Numbered from the stretch's first letter, positions 35,706-49,048 are shown. The stretch: DNA of 64,000 nt from Candidatus Omnitrophota bacterium (GCA_041650795.1 JBAZKK010000003.1:2386-66385); one strand, 5' to 3'. Numbers and translations are program-made. Notes: generated by a model not told the origin, from the sequence alone.

Positions 35706-38700
35706 TGGAAGAACTTACGCAGTTTGACAGCATAGCTATCAAGATAGCCTCTCCCGAAACCATACGCTCCTGGTCTAAGGGCGAAGTCAAGAAGGCGGAG
35801 ACCATCAACTACCGCACCTTAAAGCCGGAAAAGGACGGCCTTTTCTGCGAAAAGATTTTCGGGCCGGTCCGCGACTGGGAATGCAACTGCGGTAAATACA
35901 AGGGGATTAAATTCAAAGGCATTACCTGCGACCGCTGCGGGGTTACCGTGGAGCATTCTTCCGTCAGAAGGGAACGCATGGGGCATATTGACCTGGCGGC
36001 CCCCGTTACGCACATCTGGTTTTTTAAGACTGTCCCCAGCAAGCTTTCCGCTCTCCTCAATATGAGCCTCAGGGATCTAGAGAAGGTTATTTATTACGAA
36101 GAGTATGTGGTAATTGACCCCGGTAACACGCCGCTTAAGAAAAAAGAGCTTCTTACAGAGGATAAATACCAAGAGGCGCTTCGTAATTACGGCTCTAATT
36201 TTAAAGCCAAGATAGGGGCTGAGGCGGTGCGGGACCTCCTAAGGGAGATAGACCTCGAGGATTACTGCCGCAAGCTTCATCGCGAGCTGGCTAAATCCAA
36301 AGAAATACTCAATAACCGCAAGATACTTAAGTCTCTTAAGATTGCGGAGGATTTCAAGAAATCAGGGAATAAGCCCGAGTGGATAATCATGGAGGTCCTT
36401 CCGGTTATCCCCCCGGACTTGAGGCCCCTCGTTCCCCTGGAGGGCGGAAGGTTCGCTTCCTCTGACCTTAATGATTTATACCGCAGGGTTATCAACCGTA
36501 ACAACCGTTTAAAAAAGCTGATTGAACTGAATGCGCCTGAGATTATAGTGCGCAATGAAAAACGCATGTTGCAGGAAGCGGTAGATGCGCTTCTTGATAA
36601 CGGCAGGCACGGCAAACCGGTAATGGGGGGCAGCCAGCGGCCGCTAAAATCACTTTCGGACATGCTCAAAGGCAAACAGGGAAGGTTCAGGCAGAATCTT
36701 CTTGGTAAGCGCGTAGATTATTCCGGACGTTCCGTAATAGTCGTAGGCCCCGAGCTTAAGCTCAACGAGTGCGGGCTGCCGAAGCAGATGGCCCTGGAAT
36801 TATTCGAGCCGTTCATCATCAAGAAATTGAGGGAAAAAGGGTTCGTGCACACTATCAAAGGCGCGCGCCGCATGGTGGAGCACGGCAAGATCGAGGTTTG
36901 GGATATACTGGATGAGGTGATCAAAGACCACCCCGTGCTTTTGAACCGCGCCCCAACCCTGCACCGCCTTAGCATCCAGGCATTCCAACCGGTTTTAATC
37001 GAAGGCCGCTCCATCAAAATTCACCCCCTGGTATGCACCGCTTTTAACGCTGATTTTGACGGAGACCAGATGGCGGTACACGTGCCGTTATCTTTGGAGT
37101 CGCAGTTGGAAGCCAAAATCCTGATGCTTTCCGTCAATAATGTTTTTTCTCCTGCAGACGGCAGGCCTATCCTTAACCCTACCCAGGACATAATCCTGGG
37201 GACAGCATACCTGACCAAGGAAAAAACCGGATGCCGCGGAGAAGGCAGGATATTCGCCAGTCCCGATGAGGTGCTGGTTGCCTACGGAGACCGCGAGGTA
37301 GAGCTGCACGCCAAGATTAAGGTCCGCATAGACAACACCTTCGAGTTGGAAGAGGGTAAGTTCGTTAACGAAAGAAAGATTATCGATACAACTGTCGGCC
37401 GCATAGTATTGAACCAGGCCCTTCCGACAGGGTTCGGGTTCGTGAATAAAGAAGTTAACAAGAAGAATATGGGCATCATCGTAACCGAATGCTACAATCG
37501 TTTCGGCCACCAACGTACCATTCAACTGCTTGACGATATGAAGAGGCTGGGATTTGAATACGCCACCCTGGGCGGCATCTCTATCGGCATAGACGATATG
37601 ACTATACCACAGGCCAAGGAAGAGGTCTTGAAGGAAGCCAAGCAGGAGATAGCCAAGGTAGAAGACCAGTACCGCAAAGGCATCATTACGGACAGGGAGC
37701 GCTACAATAAGGTTATCGACGTATGGACCCACGCTACCGACCGCGTTTCCGACCTTCTCTTTAAAGAGATGCCCCCGTTCAATCCTATATTCATGATGGC
37801 GGATTCCGGGGCGAGGGGGTCAAGGTTGCAGGTTAGGCAGCTTGCCGGTATGCGCGGTCTGATGGCCAAGCCTTCCGGAGAGATTATCGAGAGCCCTATT
37901 ACCGCAAATTTCCGCGAGGGGCTGACGGTGCTGGAATACTTCATTTCCACCCATGGCGCACGCAAGGGTCTGGCGGACACTGCGCTTAAGACCGCGGACG
38001 CCGGCTACCTTACCCGCAGGCTGGTTGACGTTGCCCAGGAGGTTATTGTTACTGAGGAAGACTGCGGCACGCTAAACGGCATTACGGTTTCCGCCATTAT
38101 TGAGGGCGATGAAGTGGTGGTAAGCCTAAAGGACCGCATCGTCGGAAGAGTGGCCCTCGATAATATCGTAGATATCATAAGTGATGAGGTGATTGTAGAG
38201 CAGGGTTCCGAGATTACCGAGGAAAAGGCGGATATGATTGAGAGACTCGGCATTGAAAAAATCCGCATCCGCAGCGCCCTTACCTGCGAGTCGGAGAGAG
38301 GGGTATGCACCAAGTGTTACGGCAGGAACCTGGCAACCGGCAGGCTTGTAGAGACGGGAGAGGCAGTGGGCGTTATTGCAGCCCAAAGCATCGGCGAACC
38401 CGGCACCCAGCTGACGATGAGAACCTTCCATATCGGAGGCACTGCTTCCAGAATCGTTGCACAATCGTTTTTAAAATCTAAAAATAAAGGCGTCGTTAAA
38501 TATCACAGCTTAAGGACCGTGCCCAAGAATAAGGAGTTTATTGTCCTTAACCGCAACGGTTCCATCAGCATTAACGATAAGCAGGGAAGAGAGTTGGAAC
38601 GTTACCCCGTGCCTCAGGGCGCATTTATCAATATTGCCGACGGGGACGAGGTTGCCAAAGGCGTCTCATACGTACGCTGGGACCCCTATACCTTCCCCAT

Positions 38701-39754
38701 CCTTACCGAGGTCGGCGGACAGGTTAAGTACGAGGACCTAGTTGATGACGTGACCGTCAAGGAAGAGCTCAACCCGGTTACTAAGATTACCGAGCGCGTG
38801 ATTGTGGAGCATAAGCAGGAATATCATCCGCAGATTATCGTTCTTAACGAGAAGAAAGAGGTTATGGGGATATACCCTCTTGCCATCGGTTCTCATATCC
38901 TGGTGAAAGACGGCCAGAAGGTTGAAGGCGGAGATCTCCTGGCCAAGATACCGAGGGTGGTAGTTAAGACCAGGGATATCACCGGCGGTCTTCCCAGGGT
39001 TGCCGAGTTATTCGAGGCGCGCCGTCCAAAGGACCCCGCGGTTATCAGCGAGATAGACGGTTTTGTAGAATTCGGCGAAAGTAAAAAAGGGCAACGCATC
39101 ATCATCGTGCGTTCTGCCACGGGGATGCAGAAGGAATACCTTATCCCGCACGGCAAGCACCCCAATGTTTATAAAGGCGACAGGGTGGAGGCCGGACAGC
39201 AGCTTACCGACGGCCCGATTGTTCTGCAGGATATCCTAAGGGTATGCGGCGATAAGGTCCTGCAGGAATACCTTGTTAACGAGGTCCAGGAGGTCTATCG
39301 CCTGCAGGGCGTGCATATCAACGATAAGCACATTGAGTTAATAATCAGGCAGATGCTTAAAAAAGTAAAGATTGAGGATCCCGGCGATACCAGTTTTCTC
39401 GCTTCCGAGCACGTTGACAAATGGACATTCCAGAAGGAGAACAGCCGGGTGATTAAGAAAGGCGGCAAGCCCGCAGTGGCAACCCCGTTATTACTTGGTA
39501 TTACCAAGGCGTCTTTGACTACCGAAAGTTTTATTTCTGCCGCCAGCTTCCAGGAGACTACCCGCGTTCTTACCGACGCCGCAGCAGCCGGCAAGAGCGA
39601 TGAATTGTTCGGGTTAAAGGAAAACGTTATCGTAGGCCATCTTATCCCGGCAGGCACGGGTTTTCATACGCACCGCGAGATTGAAATAGTAAAGAGCGCC
39701 GAAGAGGCTGCGCCTGAGGCCCAAGAGGCCGCGCAGGAAAAGGTAAAGGCTTAA
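35705..39754 (+). CDS. rpoC: DNA-directed RNA polymerase subunit beta'
   Basis: Zn motif [21 protein letters not shown]. Catalytic motif [14 protein letters not shown], plus [16 protein letters not shown]. Trigger-loop region present. The ATG shares one base with the rpoB TAA. Confidence 0.98.
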   Translation: MEELTQFDSIAIKIASPETIRSWSKGEVKKAETINYRTLKPEKDGLFCEKIFGPVRDWECNCGKYKGIKFKGITCDRCGVTVEHSSVRRERMGHIDLAAPVTHIWFFKTVPSKLSALLNMSLRDLEKVIYYEEYVVIDPGNTPLKKKELLTEDKYQEALRNYGSNFKAKIGAEAVRDLLREIDLEDYCRKLHRELAKSKEILNNRKILKSLKIAEDFKKSGNKPEWIIMEVLPVIPPDLRPLVPLEGGRFASSDLNDLYRRVINRNNRLKKLIELNAPEIIVRNEKRMLQEAVDALLDNGRHGKPVMGGSQRPLKSLSDMLKGKQGRFRQNLLGKRVDYSGRSVIVVGPELKLNECGLPKQMALELFEPFIIKKLREKGFVHTIKGARRMVEHGKIEVWDILDEVIKDHPVLLNRAPTLHRLSIQAFQPVLIEGRSIKIHPLVCTAFNADFDGDQMAVHVPLSLESQLEAKILMLSVNNVFSPADGRPILNPTQDIILGTAYLTKEKTGCRGEGRIFASPDEVLVAYGDREVELHAKIKVRIDNTFELEEGKFVNERKIIDTTVGRIVLNQALPTGFGFVNKEVNKKNMGIIVTECYNRFGHQRTIQLLDDMKRLGFEYATLGGISIGIDDMTIPQAKEEVLKEAKQEIAKVEDQYRKGIITDRERYNKVIDVWTHATDRVSDLLFKEMPPFNPIFMMADSGARGSRLQVRQLAGMRGLMAKPSGEIIESPITANFREGLTVLEYFISTHGARKGLADTALKTADAGYLTRRLVDVAQEVIVTEEDCGTLNGITVSAIIEGDEVVVSLKDRIVGRVALDNIVDIISDEVIVEQGSEITEEKADMIERLGIEKIRIRSALTCESERGVCTKCYGRNLATGRLVETGEAVGVIAAQSIGEPGTQLTMRTFHIGGTASRIVAQSFLKSKNKGVVKYHSLRTVPKNKEFIVLNRNGSISINDKQGRELERYPVPQGAFINIADGDEVAKGVSYVRWDPYTFPILTEVGGQVKYEDLVDDVTVKEELNPVTKITERVIVEHKQEYHPQIIVLNEKKEVMGIYPLAIGSHILVKDGQKVEGGDLLAKIPRVVVKTRDITGGLPRVAELFEARRPKDPAVISEIDGFVEFGESKKGQRIIIVRSATGMQKEYLIPHGKHPNVYKGDRVEAGQQLTDGPIVLQDILRVCGDKVLQEYLVNEVQEVYRLQGVHINDKHIELIIRQMLKKVKIEDPGDTSFLASEHVDKWTFQKENSRVIKKGGKPAVATPLLLGITKASLTTESFISAASFQETTRVLTDAAAAGKSDELFGLKENVIVGHLIPAGTGFHTHREIEIVKSAEEAAPEAQEAAQEKVKA

Positions 39755-39760
39755 AAACAT

Positions 39761-40138
39761 ATGCCGACAATTTCACAGCTTATAAAATCAGGCAGGAGCT
39801 TAAAGAAGAAAAAGACCAAGTCGCCCGCATTAAAGGCCTGTCCCCAGAGACGAGGGGTATGCCTGCAGGTGCGTACCATGACCCCAAAAAAACCGAATTC
39901 CGCTCTCAGGAAAATCGCCAGGGTCAGGCTTACTACCGGAATCGAGGTAACCTCCTATATACCTGGCGAAGGCCACAATCTTCAGGAGCACTCGATTGTC
40001 CTGGTAAGGGGCGGGCGCGTCAAGGATTTGCCTGGCGTACGTTACCATATCGTAAGAGGCACGCTTGACACTGCCGGGGTTAATCAGCGCAAAAAATCGC
40101 GTTCGAAATACGGGGCCAAGAGGCCAAAACAGCAGTAG
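39761..40138 (+). CDS. rpsL: 30S ribosomal protein S12
   Basis: [38 protein letters not shown]. Confidence 0.97.
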   Translation: MPTISQLIKSGRSLKKKKTKSPALKACPQRRGVCLQVRTMTPKKPNSALRKIARVRLTTGIEVTSYIPGEGHNLQEHSIVLVRGGRVKDLPGVRYHIVRGTLDTAGVNQRKKSRSKYGAKRPKQQ

Positions 40139-40154
40139 GAGCTTATAATAAGCC

Positions 40155-40625
40155 ATGAGAAGAAGAAGGGCACCGGCAAGAGAGATCCTAGCAGATCCGA
40201 AATTTAACAGCAAGATAGTCTCCAAGTTCGTCAACATGGTGATGGTAAAAGGGAAAAAACCTCTTGCCGAGAAGATTGTTTACGGTGCATTTGAGATCGT
40301 TAAGAAAAAGCTCAATGAGCCGGATGCCATCAAGGTTTTTAATAAGGCCTTGGATAACGTGCGCCCGCGCTTGGAGGTGAAACCCCGCAGGGTAGGAGGC
40401 GCTACCTACCAGGTGCCCATAGAGGTTAGGCAGGAGCGCGGGGTTTCCATTGCCTTGCGATGGATACGTGATTTTGCAAAAGGCAAAAAAGGCCGTCCCA
40501 TGAAAGAGAAGCTGGCTGACGAGATCATTGATGCCTACAAGGGTGAGGGGGCGGCGATTAAAAAGAGGGACGATACCCATAAGATGGCCGAGTCCAACAA
40601 GGCCTTTGCGCATTTTAGATGGTGA
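40155..40625 (+). CDS. rpsG: 30S ribosomal protein S7
   Basis: [42 protein letters not shown]. Confidence 0.97.
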   Translation: MRRRRAPAREILADPKFNSKIVSKFVNMVMVKGKKPLAEKIVYGAFEIVKKKLNEPDAIKVFNKALDNVRPRLEVKPRRVGGATYQVPIEVRQERGVSIALRWIRDFAKGKKGRPMKEKLADEIIDAYKGEGAAIKKRDDTHKMAESNKAFAHFRW

Positions 40626-40688
40626 TAGGGCTATGAATGCCTAACGGCTGACATGAGAATATCGTCGCTTATAGAAGAACCGGGAAGA

Positions 40689-42785
40689 ATGAGAAAAATA
40701 CCTTTAGAAAAATTAAGAAATATAGGCATTATCGCGCACATCGATGCCGGTAAAACCACCACTACCGAACGCATCCTTTTTTATACCGGCAGGACTTATA
40801 AGATCGGCGAGGTAGACGAGGGCACCGCAACCATGGACTGGATGGTCCAGGAGCAGGAGAGAGGCATTACCATTACCTCCGCCTGCACTAACTGCGGGTG
40901 GAAGGATTATAGCATTAATATTATTGATACGCCCGGCCACGTGGATTTTACCGTAGAGGTGGAAAGGTCGCTGAAGGTGCTTGACGGGGCGGTAGTGGTA
41001 TTCTGCGGGGTAGGGGGAGTTGAACCGCAATCCGAAACCGTCTGGCGCCAGGCCGACCGTTATAATGTCCCGCGCATCGCATTTGTCAATAAGATGGACC
41101 GCACGGGGGCGAATTTTCCCGAAGTTGTCCGGCAGATGCACCAGAGATTAGGAGCCAATGCCGCGGCAGTGCAGTTGCCTTACGGCAGCGAGAGCGGTTT
41201 TAAGGGCGTAGTGGATGTTATCGAACGCAAATTCATATCTTATAGCGACGAAAGCGGCAAGGAGTTTGAGGTAAAGGAAGTGCCGCAGGAGATGCTAAAA
41301 GAACTGGATAAGTGCCATGAGTTATTGCTAGAGAGGCTCTCCGAGGTAGACGATTCGATAATGGATAAATTTGTGCATAATAAGCCGATTTCGGCAAAGG
41401 AAACCAAGGACGCTATCCGCAAGGGGGTAATAGCCAATAAATTCGTTCCGGTCCTCTGCGGCTCTTCTTTTCGCAACAAAGGGATACAGCCGCTCTTGGA
41501 CGCCGTCTGCGATTACCTGCCGTCACCCGAGGACCTTCCTTCCATAAAAGGGATTAACCCGGAAACCGAGCAGTTCGAAGAAATTGTGGTTTCCGACGAG
41601 GCGCCTTTCTGCGCGTTGTGTTTCAAGGTGGCTACCGACCCTTACGTAGGCAGGATTAATTACATCCGCGTATATTCCGGGACCTTGAAGAGCGGCTCTT
41701 TCGTATACAACGCCAACAAGATGACGCGGGAGCGCATTACGAAGCTGGTGCGCATGCATGCCAATGACCAGGAGATTATCGAAGAGGTAATGACCGGCGG
41801 GATTGCCGCGGCAGTAGGATTGAAAGAGACCAAGACCGGCGATACCCTTTGCGATGAGAATAATCCGATATTGATCGAGGCGATGCGTTTCCCCGAGCCG
41901 GTAATCCAGCAGGCCATTGAGCCAAAAACCAAGCAGGACCAGGAAAAGCTCGGGATGGCCCTGCATAAATTGGCGGAAGAGGATCCGTCTTTCAGGGTAA
42001 CGTATAATCAGGAGACCGGCCAGACCATTATTGCCGGCATGGGGCAGTTGCACCTCGATATTATTATCGACCGCATCTTAAGGGAATTTAACGTCGAGGC
42101 CCAGTTTGGCCTGCCGCAGGTCGCTTACCGCGAGACCATTACCAAAAAAATCATATCCACCGGCAAGTTCGTGCAGCAGAGCGGCGGGCGCGGGCAATAC
42201 GGCCACGTAGTCGTAGAGATGAAGCCGCAGGAAACCCCCGGCAAAGGAATCACCTTCGAGGATAAGATTAAGGGGGGGGCCATACCGCGCGAATTTATCT
42301 CGTCGGTAAAAGAGGGGGTTTTTGACGCCGCAAAAACAGGCGTTCTTGCCGGATATCCCGCCACGGACATCGAGGTAATATTGGTTGACGGTTCCTACCA
42401 TGAGGTGGATTCCTCGGAGCTGGCATTCAAGATGGCGGCCGCCATCGCTTTTACGGACGGCGCCAAAAAGGCCCATCCGGTGCTCCTGGAGCCGATTATG
42501 GATATGGAGGTAGTTGTGCCGGAGGAGTACATGGGCGTAATCATCGGCGATTTGAACTCCAGACGTGCCAAGATCGTGTCCTTGTCAAACCGCAGTAATC
42601 TCAGGATCATCAGGGCGCACGTTCCTCTCGCCGAGATATTTAATTACGCCACGATATCGCGCTCCTTGACACAAGGCCGCGCATCCTATACAATGGAGCC
42701 CTCGTATTACGCCGAGGTGCCTTCACATATAGCAGAGAAGATTACAGCTGGTTTTTCATCGTCAAATCAGAGAAGGACCGTTTAG
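40689..42785 (+). CDS. fusA: translation elongation factor G
   Basis: [50 protein letters not shown]. The ORF-track start 40653 is a less likely upstream ATG. Confidence 0.95.
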   Translation: MRKIPLEKLRNIGIIAHIDAGKTTTTERILFYTGRTYKIGEVDEGTATMDWMVQEQERGITITSACTNCGWKDYSINIIDTPGHVDFTVEVERSLKVLDGAVVVFCGVGGVEPQSETVWRQADRYNVPRIAFVNKMDRTGANFPEVVRQMHQRLGANAAAVQLPYGSESGFKGVVDVIERKFISYSDESGKEFEVKEVPQEMLKELDKCHELLLERLSEVDDSIMDKFVHNKPISAKETKDAIRKGVIANKFVPVLCGSSFRNKGIQPLLDAVCDYLPSPEDLPSIKGINPETEQFEEIVVSDEAPFCALCFKVATDPYVGRINYIRVYSGTLKSGSFVYNANKMTRERITKLVRMHANDQEIIEEVMTGGIAAAVGLKETKTGDTLCDENNPILIEAMRFPEPVIQQAIEPKTKQDQEKLGMALHKLAEEDPSFRVTYNQETGQTIIAGMGQLHLDIIIDRILREFNVEAQFGLPQVAYRETITKKIISTGKFVQQSGGRGQYGHVVVEMKPQETPGKGITFEDKIKGGAIPREFISSVKEGVFDAAKTGVLAGYPATDIEVILVDGSYHEVDSSELAFKMAAAIAFTDGAKKAHPVLLEPIMDMEVVVPEEYMGVIIGDLNSRRAKIVSLSNRSNLRIIRAHVPLAEIFNYATISRSLTQGRASYTMEPSYYAEVPSHIAEKITAGFSSSNQRRTV

Positions 42786-42816
42786 ATTTGGATACCCAAC
42801 AACAGGAGGTGCTGTA

Positions 42817-44022
42817 ATGGCTAAAGAAAAGTTTGTAAGGTCAAAGCCGCACGTGAACATCGGGACCATCGGACACATCGACCACGGTAAGACCACCTTG
42901 ACGTCTGCGATTACATACGTGTTGTCAAAATTAGGCAAGGCCCAGCCGCGCGAGTATTCCGATATCGCCAAGGGCGGGACCGTAAGGGATGAAACAAAGG
43001 TTGTTACGATTTCAGTTGCGCACGTAGAATATGAAAGCGACACCCGTCACTACGCCCATATCGATTGCCCAGGCCATGCCGATTATATCAAGAACATGAT
43101 TACCGGCGCAGCCCAGATGGACGGAGCAATCCTGGTAGTTTCGGCAGCAGACGGCCCGATGCCCCAGACACGCGAGCACATCCTGTTGGCGCGTCAGGTT
43201 AACGTGCCGGCAATGGTAGTATTTTTGAACAAGGTTGACGTAGTCCAGGACAAGGAGCTTATTGACCTGGTGGAGATGGAGGTCCGCGAACTCCTGACAA
43301 AATACGGCTACCCCGGAGACAAAACCCCGATTATCAAAGGCAGCGCCTTAAAGGCAATGCAGGCAGGGGGAGATCCTAACAGCCCGGATTGCAAGGCGAT
43401 CCTTGACCTTATCAAGGCAGCGGACGAGTTTATACCGGCTCCCGTAAGAGACCTGGATAAGCCGCTCTTGATGGCAGTAGAGGATGTTTTCAGCATCGAA
43501 GGCAGGGGTACGGTGGGAACCGGCAGGATCGAACGCGGCAAGGTAAAGATAAACGACGAGGTAGAAATAGTTGGTCTTCGGCCTGAGGTTACCAAGAGCG
43601 TAGTCACAGGCATTGAGATGTTCCGCAAGACCCTTGATGAAGGCCAGGCCGGCGATAACGTCGGTTTACTCTTAAGAGGCGTTGACAAAAGCAGCCTGGA
43701 GCGCGGGATGGTTATTGCCGCGCCTAAGTCTATTACCCCGCACACCAAGTTCAAGGCCCAGGTTTACGTCCTGACCAAAGAAGAAGGGGGAAGGCATACG
43801 CCTTTCTTCAGCGGTTACAGGCCGCAGTTCTATTTTCGCACCACCGACGTTACCGGCAACTCAAAGTTGCCCCAGGGCGTCGAGATGATTATGCCGGGCG
43901 ATAACGCCAACCTGGAAGTAGAGCTGATTACGCCTGTTGCCTTGGAGAAGGAATCCCGTTTTGCCATCCGTGAGGGCGGCCATACGGTAGGCGCAGGGGT
44001 AGTAACCGAAGTCATTGCGTAA
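42817..44022 (+). CDS. tuf: translation elongation factor Tu
   Basis: [73 protein letters not shown]. Confidence 0.98.
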   Translation: MAKEKFVRSKPHVNIGTIGHIDHGKTTLTSAITYVLSKLGKAQPREYSDIAKGGTVRDETKVVTISVAHVEYESDTRHYAHIDCPGHADYIKNMITGAAQMDGAILVVSAADGPMPQTREHILLARQVNVPAMVVFLNKVDVVQDKELIDLVEMEVRELLTKYGYPGDKTPIIKGSALKAMQAGGDPNSPDCKAILDLIKAADEFIPAPVRDLDKPLLMAVEDVFSIEGRGTVGTGRIERGKVKINDEVEIVGLRPEVTKSVVTGIEMFRKTLDEGQAGDNVGLLLRGVDKSSLERGMVIAAPKSITPHTKFKAQVYVLTKEEGGRHTPFFSGYRPQFYFRTTDVTGNSKLPQGVEMIMPGDNANLEVELITPVALEKESRFAIREGGHTVGAGVVTEVIA

Positions 44023-44047
44023 ACGATTACACTGCCAGTTTTAACTT

Positions 44048-44347
44048 ATGGAAAAGATACGCATAAAACTTAAGGCATATGACCACCGCCTGCTGGATCA
44101 GGCGGTAAGAGAGATAGTCGAAACCACCAAGCGCACCGGTGCCAGCATATCTGGCCCGGTGCCGCTGCCGACCAAGAGAGAGGTCTACACGGTGTTGCGC
44201 TCTCCGGTAATAGACAAAAAATCCCGGGAGCAGTTTGACCTCTCCACGCACAAAAGGCTCATTGATATATACGAGCCCACGGCAAAGACTATCGATGCCT
44301 TGAGGAAACTAAATCTGCCCGCAGGAGTGGATGTAGAGATAAGATAG
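44048..44347 (+). CDS. rpsJ: 30S ribosomal protein S10
   Basis: [15 protein letters not shown]...GPVPLPT...[14 protein letters not shown]...HKRLIDI. Confidence 0.97.
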   Translation: MEKIRIKLKAYDHRLLDQAVREIVETTKRTGASISGPVPLPTKREVYTVLRSPVIDKKSREQFDLSTHKRLIDIYEPTAKTIDALRKLNLPAGVDVEIR

Positions 44348-44380
44348 GCTCTTCGTGCGGCAGGAAGGATTTTACTGAAT

Positions 44381-45001
44381 ATGGCCGCGATACTAGGAAA
44401 AAAAATAGGGATGACCCAGGTCTTTGCCGAGGACGGCAGTATGCTGGCTGTTACCGCCATTGAGGCCGGTCCTTGCGTAGTGCTTGCGGTAAAAGACAAG
44501 AACGTCCAGCTGGGCTTTGATGCAGTAAAAGAAAAGAAGCTCAGGCGCCCGCAGGCCGGCTATTTCAAAAAACTCAATATAGCGCCCCGCAGGATTATCC
44601 GGGAAGTAACCAAGGATTCCTCCAGGGAATACAAGGTAGGCGAGGAGGTTAAAGCGGACTTATTCAAGGCCGGAGACTTTGTAGATATTACCGGCACCTC
44701 TAAAGGAAAAGGCTTCCAGGGTGGAATGAAACTCTGGAACTGGCACGGAGGCCCGAAGACCCACGGTTCGATGTCTCACCGCCGAGTAGGGTCGCTTGGT
44801 TCAAGCACTACTCCCGGCCGGGTATGGAAAGGCCATCACCTGCCTGCGCATATGGGAGCCAACCGCACGACTACCCAGAATCTCAAAGTAGTAAAGGTTG
44901 ATGCCGAAAACAATATACTGCTTGTGAAAGGGGCAGTTGCGGGACACAACAACGGTTACCTATTAATTAAGAACGCGCATAAGAAGCCCCCCAAGGCTTA
45001 A
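44381..45001 (+). CDS. rplC: 50S ribosomal protein L3
   Basis: ILGKKIGMTQVF, GTSKGKGFQGGMK, HGSMSHRRVGSLG. Confidence 0.96.
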   Translation: MAAILGKKIGMTQVFAEDGSMLAVTAIEAGPCVVLAVKDKNVQLGFDAVKEKKLRRPQAGYFKKLNIAPRRIIREVTKDSSREYKVGEEVKADLFKAGDFVDITGTSKGKGFQGGMKLWNWHGGPKTHGSMSHRRVGSLGSSTTPGRVWKGHHLPAHMGANRTTTQNLKVVKVDAENNILLVKGAVAGHNNGYLLIKNAHKKPPKA

Positions 45002-45010
45002 AAAGGATAA

Positions 45011-45664
45011 ATGGAAGCAGCTACTTTACCTATATATAATCTCGAGGGTCAGGAGATAGATAAGCTTAAGCTTGACGCTGCCGTTTTTGACGGCAAGATT
45101 AACCAGGCCGCAATTTATCAGGCGCTTAATTCCTTCCTTGCCGGCCAGCGCCGCGGCTTGGCCTGTACTAAGGGGAGGGGCGAGGTTTCCGGAGGCGGAC
45201 GCAAGCCATGGAAACAAAAAGGCACCGGCCGCGCCAGGCACGGTTCTAGCCGTTCTCCTCTTTGGAGGCACGGCGGAGTGACATTTGGACCCCAGCCCAG
45301 GGATTTTTCATACGAGGTCAATAAAAAAATTAAGCAGGCAGCTTTAAAATCCGGGCTTAATGCCAAGGTTAAAGAGAATAACTTAACTGTAGTGGAAGAG
45401 TTCAAAGTAGGGCATCCCAAGGTTAAAGAGGCGGTGCAGATACTTTCCAACCTTAATCTTTCATCGGGCGGAAGAAACCGGAAAAACAGTATTCTTATAT
45501 TGCTGGATAAGGTAGAGGATAACACCAGGCTTGCCTTGCGCAATATCGGCTTTCTTAATTTTAACCTGGCGCGGGATACCCATGCCTACGAGGTGGTGCT
45601 GGCTAAAAAAATACTTATTACCAAAAGCGGGCTCAAACAACTGGTGGAGAGACTCAAAAGATGA
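45011..45664 (+). CDS. rplD: 50S ribosomal protein L4
   Basis: GGGRKPWKQKGTGRARHGSSRSPLWRHGGVTFGP. Confidence 0.96.
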   Translation: MEAATLPIYNLEGQEIDKLKLDAAVFDGKINQAAIYQALNSFLAGQRRGLACTKGRGEVSGGGRKPWKQKGTGRARHGSSRSPLWRHGGVTFGPQPRDFSYEVNKKIKQAALKSGLNAKVKENNLTVVEEFKVGHPKVKEAVQILSNLNLSSGGRNRKNSILILLDKVEDNTRLALRNIGFLNFNLARDTHAYEVVLAKKILITKSGLKQLVERLKR

Positions 45665-45939
45665 AGGCCTCCCACGATGTCATAAAATCATTGCTGAAGA
45701 CCGAAAAATCCACTTACTACGAGCCACAGAGGAAATACCTGTTTCTGGTAGAGAAGTCTTCTAACAAGATAGAAGTCAAAAAGGCGGTTGAAGAACTTTA
45801 TAAGGTGAAGGTGACGGACGTGAATACCTTTATTGCCCCGGGAAAATTAAAGCGGGTGCGTTATCAATATGGCAAGACACCGGACGTGAAAAAAGCGGTG
45901 GTAACGCTAAAAGAAGGCCAAAAAATAGAGATTAAGTAG
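45661..45939 (+). CDS. rplW: 50S ribosomal protein L23
   Basis: Position in the S10 cluster. Motifs [31 protein letters not shown]. Confidence 0.94.
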   Translation: MKASHDVIKSLLKTEKSTYYEPQRKYLFLVEKSSNKIEVKKAVEELYKVKVTDVNTFIAPGKLKRVRYQYGKTPDVKKAVVTLKEGQKIEIK

Positions 45940-45949
45940 GATAACTGCT

Positions 45950-46789
45950 ATGGGTATAAAAAAGTTTAGACCTACAACTTCTTCCAGACGCTGGATGACG
46001 GGCCCTGACTTCTCGGAGTTGACAAAGAAAGACCCCCAGAAATCGCTGCTTGTGTCTCTGAAGAAAAGCGGAGGCAGGAATGCATACGGCCGGGTTACGG
46101 TAAGGCACCGCGGCGGAGGACATAAGAGGTTTTACCGTATCATAGATTTCAAACGCCAGATCCAGGATGTTCCGGCAGAGGTGCTCGGCATCGAGTACGA
46201 CCCGAACCGCTCCTGCCGTATTGCATTAGTGCAATACCGTAATCCTGCAAAAGAGAAAAGATATATCCTGGCACCGGTAGGCTTAAATACCGGAGACAGC
46301 GTTGTGTCTTCCGAACAAAAGGATATCGAGATAAAAGCGGGGAACTGTTTTCCTTTAAGATACATACCTACCGGAACCATGATACATAATATCGAGCTGG
46401 TTAAAGGCAAAGGCGGACAAATCGTGCGCGGCGCAGGTTCTTCGGCCCAGATTATGGCTAAGGAACAGGAGTATGCGCACGTAAAACTGCCTTCGGGAGA
46501 GGTGCGGCTTATCAGTTTGGATTGCCGTGCCACTATCGGCCAGGTCAGCAATATCGAGCATGAGGCCGTCAGTATCGGTAAAGCAGGACGCACGAGGTGG
46601 ATGGGGATTAAGCCTACAGTCAGGGGTTCTGCCATGAACCCGCATGACCACGGTCACGGCGGCGGGGAAGGAAAGGCCGGACAGGGGAACCCGCACCCTG
46701 TAACTCCGTGGGGAAAGCCGACCAAAGGGTATAAAACCCGCAGGCCAAATAAGTACTCCGATAAATTTATCGTTAAAAGAAGGAATTAA
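45950..46789 (+). CDS. rplB: 50S ribosomal protein L2
   Basis: [41 protein letters not shown]. Confidence 0.97.
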   Translation: MGIKKFRPTTSSRRWMTGPDFSELTKKDPQKSLLVSLKKSGGRNAYGRVTVRHRGGGHKRFYRIIDFKRQIQDVPAEVLGIEYDPNRSCRIALVQYRNPAKEKRYILAPVGLNTGDSVVSSEQKDIEIKAGNCFPLRYIPTGTMIHNIELVKGKGGQIVRGAGSSAQIMAKEQEYAHVKLPSGEVRLISLDCRATIGQVSNIEHEAVSIGKAGRTRWMGIKPTVRGSAMNPHDHGHGGGEGKAGQGNPHPVTPWGKPTKGYKTRRPNKYSDKFIVKRRN

Positions 46790-46791
46790 TT

Positions 46792-47079
46792 ATGCCACGC
46801 TCACTTAAAAAAGGTCCTTATGTACATGAAAGCCTCTTGAAGCACGCGGAACGGGCCAGGCGCAACGGAAGCCGTTTGGCTATCAAGACCTGGTCAAGGG
46901 CTTCGATGATTATCCCAGATTTCGTAGGGATGACTTTTGCGGTTTACGACGGCAGGAAGCATATTCCGGTTTTTGTAACCGAGAATATGGTGGGACATAA
47001 GCTGGGAGAGTTCGCGCATAGCCGTATCTTCAGGAAGCACGGCGGCGTCAAAGCCAAGAAAGCCCCGGAGAAGACCTAG
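46792..47079 (+). CDS. rpsS: 30S ribosomal protein S19
   Basis: [55 protein letters not shown]. Confidence 0.97.
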   Translation: MPRSLKKGPYVHESLLKHAERARRNGSRLAIKTWSRASMIIPDFVGMTFAVYDGRKHIPVFVTENMVGHKLGEFAHSRIFRKHGGVKAKKAPEKT

Positions 47080-47080
47080 C

Positions 47081-47419
47081 ATGATAGTAAAAGCAGAGGC
47101 AAAATTCTTAAGGATATCTCCTACCAAGGTCCGCCAGGTAATGGAACTTATCCGCCGCCGGGATGTCTCCGAGGCAGAGGCGATACTGGTTAACCTTAAC
47201 AAAAGGCCCAAGGAATATCTTATCAAGATACTACGCTCGGCTGTTGCCAATGCCAAGGTCAAAGGATTTAAACCCGAGCAGCTTTATGTATCCAGGGCCG
47301 TCTGCGATGTCGGGCCGGCCTGGAAACGCTATAAGGCTGCGGCATTCGGAAGGGCGGCACCTATCCGCAGGAGGACGTCGCATCTTCGTATAGAGCTGGA
47401 TATCAAATCAGGAGAATAA
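47081..47419 (+). CDS. rplV: 50S ribosomal protein L22
   Basis: AKFLRISPTKVRQV, VANAK, RGRAAPIRRRTSH-like motif. Confidence 0.95.
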   Translation: MIVKAEAKFLRISPTKVRQVMELIRRRDVSEAEAILVNLNKRPKEYLIKILRSAVANAKVKGFKPEQLYVSRAVCDVGPAWKRYKAAAFGRAAPIRRRTSHLRIELDIKSGE

Positions 47420-47423
47420 TCTT

Positions 47424-48128
47424 ATGGGACATAAGGTTCACCCCTTAGCTTTAAGGCTTGGTTTTATCAGGACGTGGCAGAGCCGCTGGTTTGCCAAACC
47501 TAAGGATTATGCGCGTTACATTGAAGAAGACTACCGTATCCGCAATTTTATAGAGAATAAATTCAAGCATGCTGCGATTGCGAGGATTACTATCGAGAGG
47601 GTTATCGATAAGGTCAAGGTGCGCATTGCATCCGCCCGGCCCGGGATTATCATCGGCAGGCACGGTTCGGATATAGAGCAGCTGCGCCAGGACCTCAACA
47701 ACATGGTTAAAAAGGAAGTAGCTATCGACATAGAGGAGATTAAGGACCCGGCGCTGGAAGCGCAGTTGGTGGCTGCCAATGTTGCCATGCAGCTTGAAAA
47801 GAGGGTTGCCCATCGCCGCGCCATAAAGCGCGCAATCGAACAAAGCATGAACGCCGGTGCAAAAGGCATCAAGGTCGTTTGCTCCGGAAGGCTTGGTGGC
47901 GCCGAGATGTCAAGGACAGAAACCTACAGGCAAGGCAAGATACCCCTGCAGACGCTGCGTGCGGATATCGACTACGGTTTTGTGCAGAGCCTGACTACCT
48001 ACGGGTTAATCGGCATCAAGGTCTGGATTTATAAAGGCGATATACTTGACAAGAATCCGTTTTATGCGGCAGCCCAGCCTCGGCAAGAAGAAACAGCGGG
48101 CGATAAATCGCAGCCCGCCGGTCAATAA
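47424..48128 (+). CDS. rpsC: 30S ribosomal protein S3
   Basis: MGHKVHPLALRLG, KH domain GIIIGRHGSDIEQL, GRLGGAEMSRTE. Confidence 0.97.
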   Translation: MGHKVHPLALRLGFIRTWQSRWFAKPKDYARYIEEDYRIRNFIENKFKHAAIARITIERVIDKVKVRIASARPGIIIGRHGSDIEQLRQDLNNMVKKEVAIDIEEIKDPALEAQLVAANVAMQLEKRVAHRRAIKRAIEQSMNAGAKGIKVVCSGRLGGAEMSRTETYRQGKIPLQTLRADIDYGFVQSLTTYGLIGIKVWIYKGDILDKNPFYAAAQPRQEETAGDKSQPAGQ

Positions 48129-48143
48129 CAGGAGAGCGTTGCC

Positions 48144-48560
48144 ATGGTAATGATGCCTAAAAGAGTAAAATACCGCAAGAGCCAGAAGGGGCAGCGCCGC
48201 GGCATCGCTACGGCAGGTTCGGAATTGGCGTTTGGAGAATTTGGGCTTAAGGTCATCGAAAACGGCTGGATCAGGAATAACCATATCGAGGCGGTGCGCG
48301 TGATACTGGCCCGCCAATTGCACAAGGGCGGCAAGCTCTGGATCCGCATCTTTACCGACAAATCAATTACCAAGAAGCCCCAAGAGGTACGCATGGGTAA
48401 GGGTAAGGGTGACGTGGAACACTGGGTAGCGGTTGTAAAACGGGGGCGCATATTGTTTGAGTTGGGCGGGGTACCCGAGGAATATGCCAGGCAATGCTTT
48501 CGCCTGGCCGCCTACAAATTACCGCTTAAGACAAAATTCGTAACCAGGACGCACAGATAA
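48144..48560 (+). CDS. rplP: 50S ribosomal protein L16
   Basis: [41 protein letters not shown]. Confidence 0.96.
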   Translation: MVMMPKRVKYRKSQKGQRRGIATAGSELAFGEFGLKVIENGWIRNNHIEAVRVILARQLHKGGKLWIRIFTDKSITKKPQEVRMGKGKGDVEHWVAVVKRGRILFELGGVPEEYARQCFRLAAYKLPLKTKFVTRTHR

Positions 48561-48561
48561 A

Positions 48562-48768
48562 ATGGACGCTAAGGATTTGGTTAATCTCTCTCAGGAAGAA
48601 TTATTGCTGAAGGAAAAGGGTCTTAAAGAAGAGTTGGCAAGGCTTAACCAGGAGCGTTACGGCGGCAGGGTAGATAAGCCGCACCGCTTCAGCCTTATAA
48701 AAAAGGATATCGCCAAGATTAAAACGATTCTTCGCCAGAAGCAGGAAAGGCCAAATGGGCAAGACTAA
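48562..48768 (+). CDS. rpmC: 50S ribosomal protein L29
   Basis: Position plus LSQEELLLKEKGLKEEL.RLN helical pattern. Confidence 0.9.
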   Translation: MDAKDLVNLSQEELLLKEKGLKEELARLNQERYGGRVDKPHRFSLIKKDIAKIKTILRQKQERPNGQD

Positions 48769-49048
48769 GGCGCTTATAGCAACGGTAATAAACGACAGGA
48801 TGCAGAAGACCGTAATCGTGCGGGTGGTGCGCATGTCTAAACATCCCAAGTACGGCAGGATTCAAAAGAAACACAACAAATTCAAAGTGCACGACGAGCG
48901 CGGCGCCGCTAAAATCGGCGATACGGTAAGAATAATCGAGACGCGCCCTCTCTCCAAAGAGAAACGCTTCAGGCTCCTGGAGATAATCAAGAAATCACAG
49001 CTGCCGCACGTCGAGATAAAGAAAGAGCCAATAGGAGAAAACAAGTGA
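48755..49048 (+). CDS. rpsQ: 30S ribosomal protein S17
   Basis: [52 protein letters not shown]. Confidence 0.95.
   Translation: MGKTKALIATVINDRMQKTVIVRVVRMSKHPKYGRIQKKHNKFKVHDERGAAKIGDTVRIIETRPLSKEKRFRLLEIIKKSQLPHVEIKKEPIGENK

Noticed and set aside
37088-37732. 214-aa minus-strand ORF inside rpoC, and similar ORFs at 60781..61461 (leuC-like), 20121..20708 (trpE), 23156..23755 (secDF), 34745..35290 and 35127..35615 (rpoB).
   Set aside because: All are antisense to strongly conserved genes. They have no motifs, no RBS and a composition typical of shadow frames.
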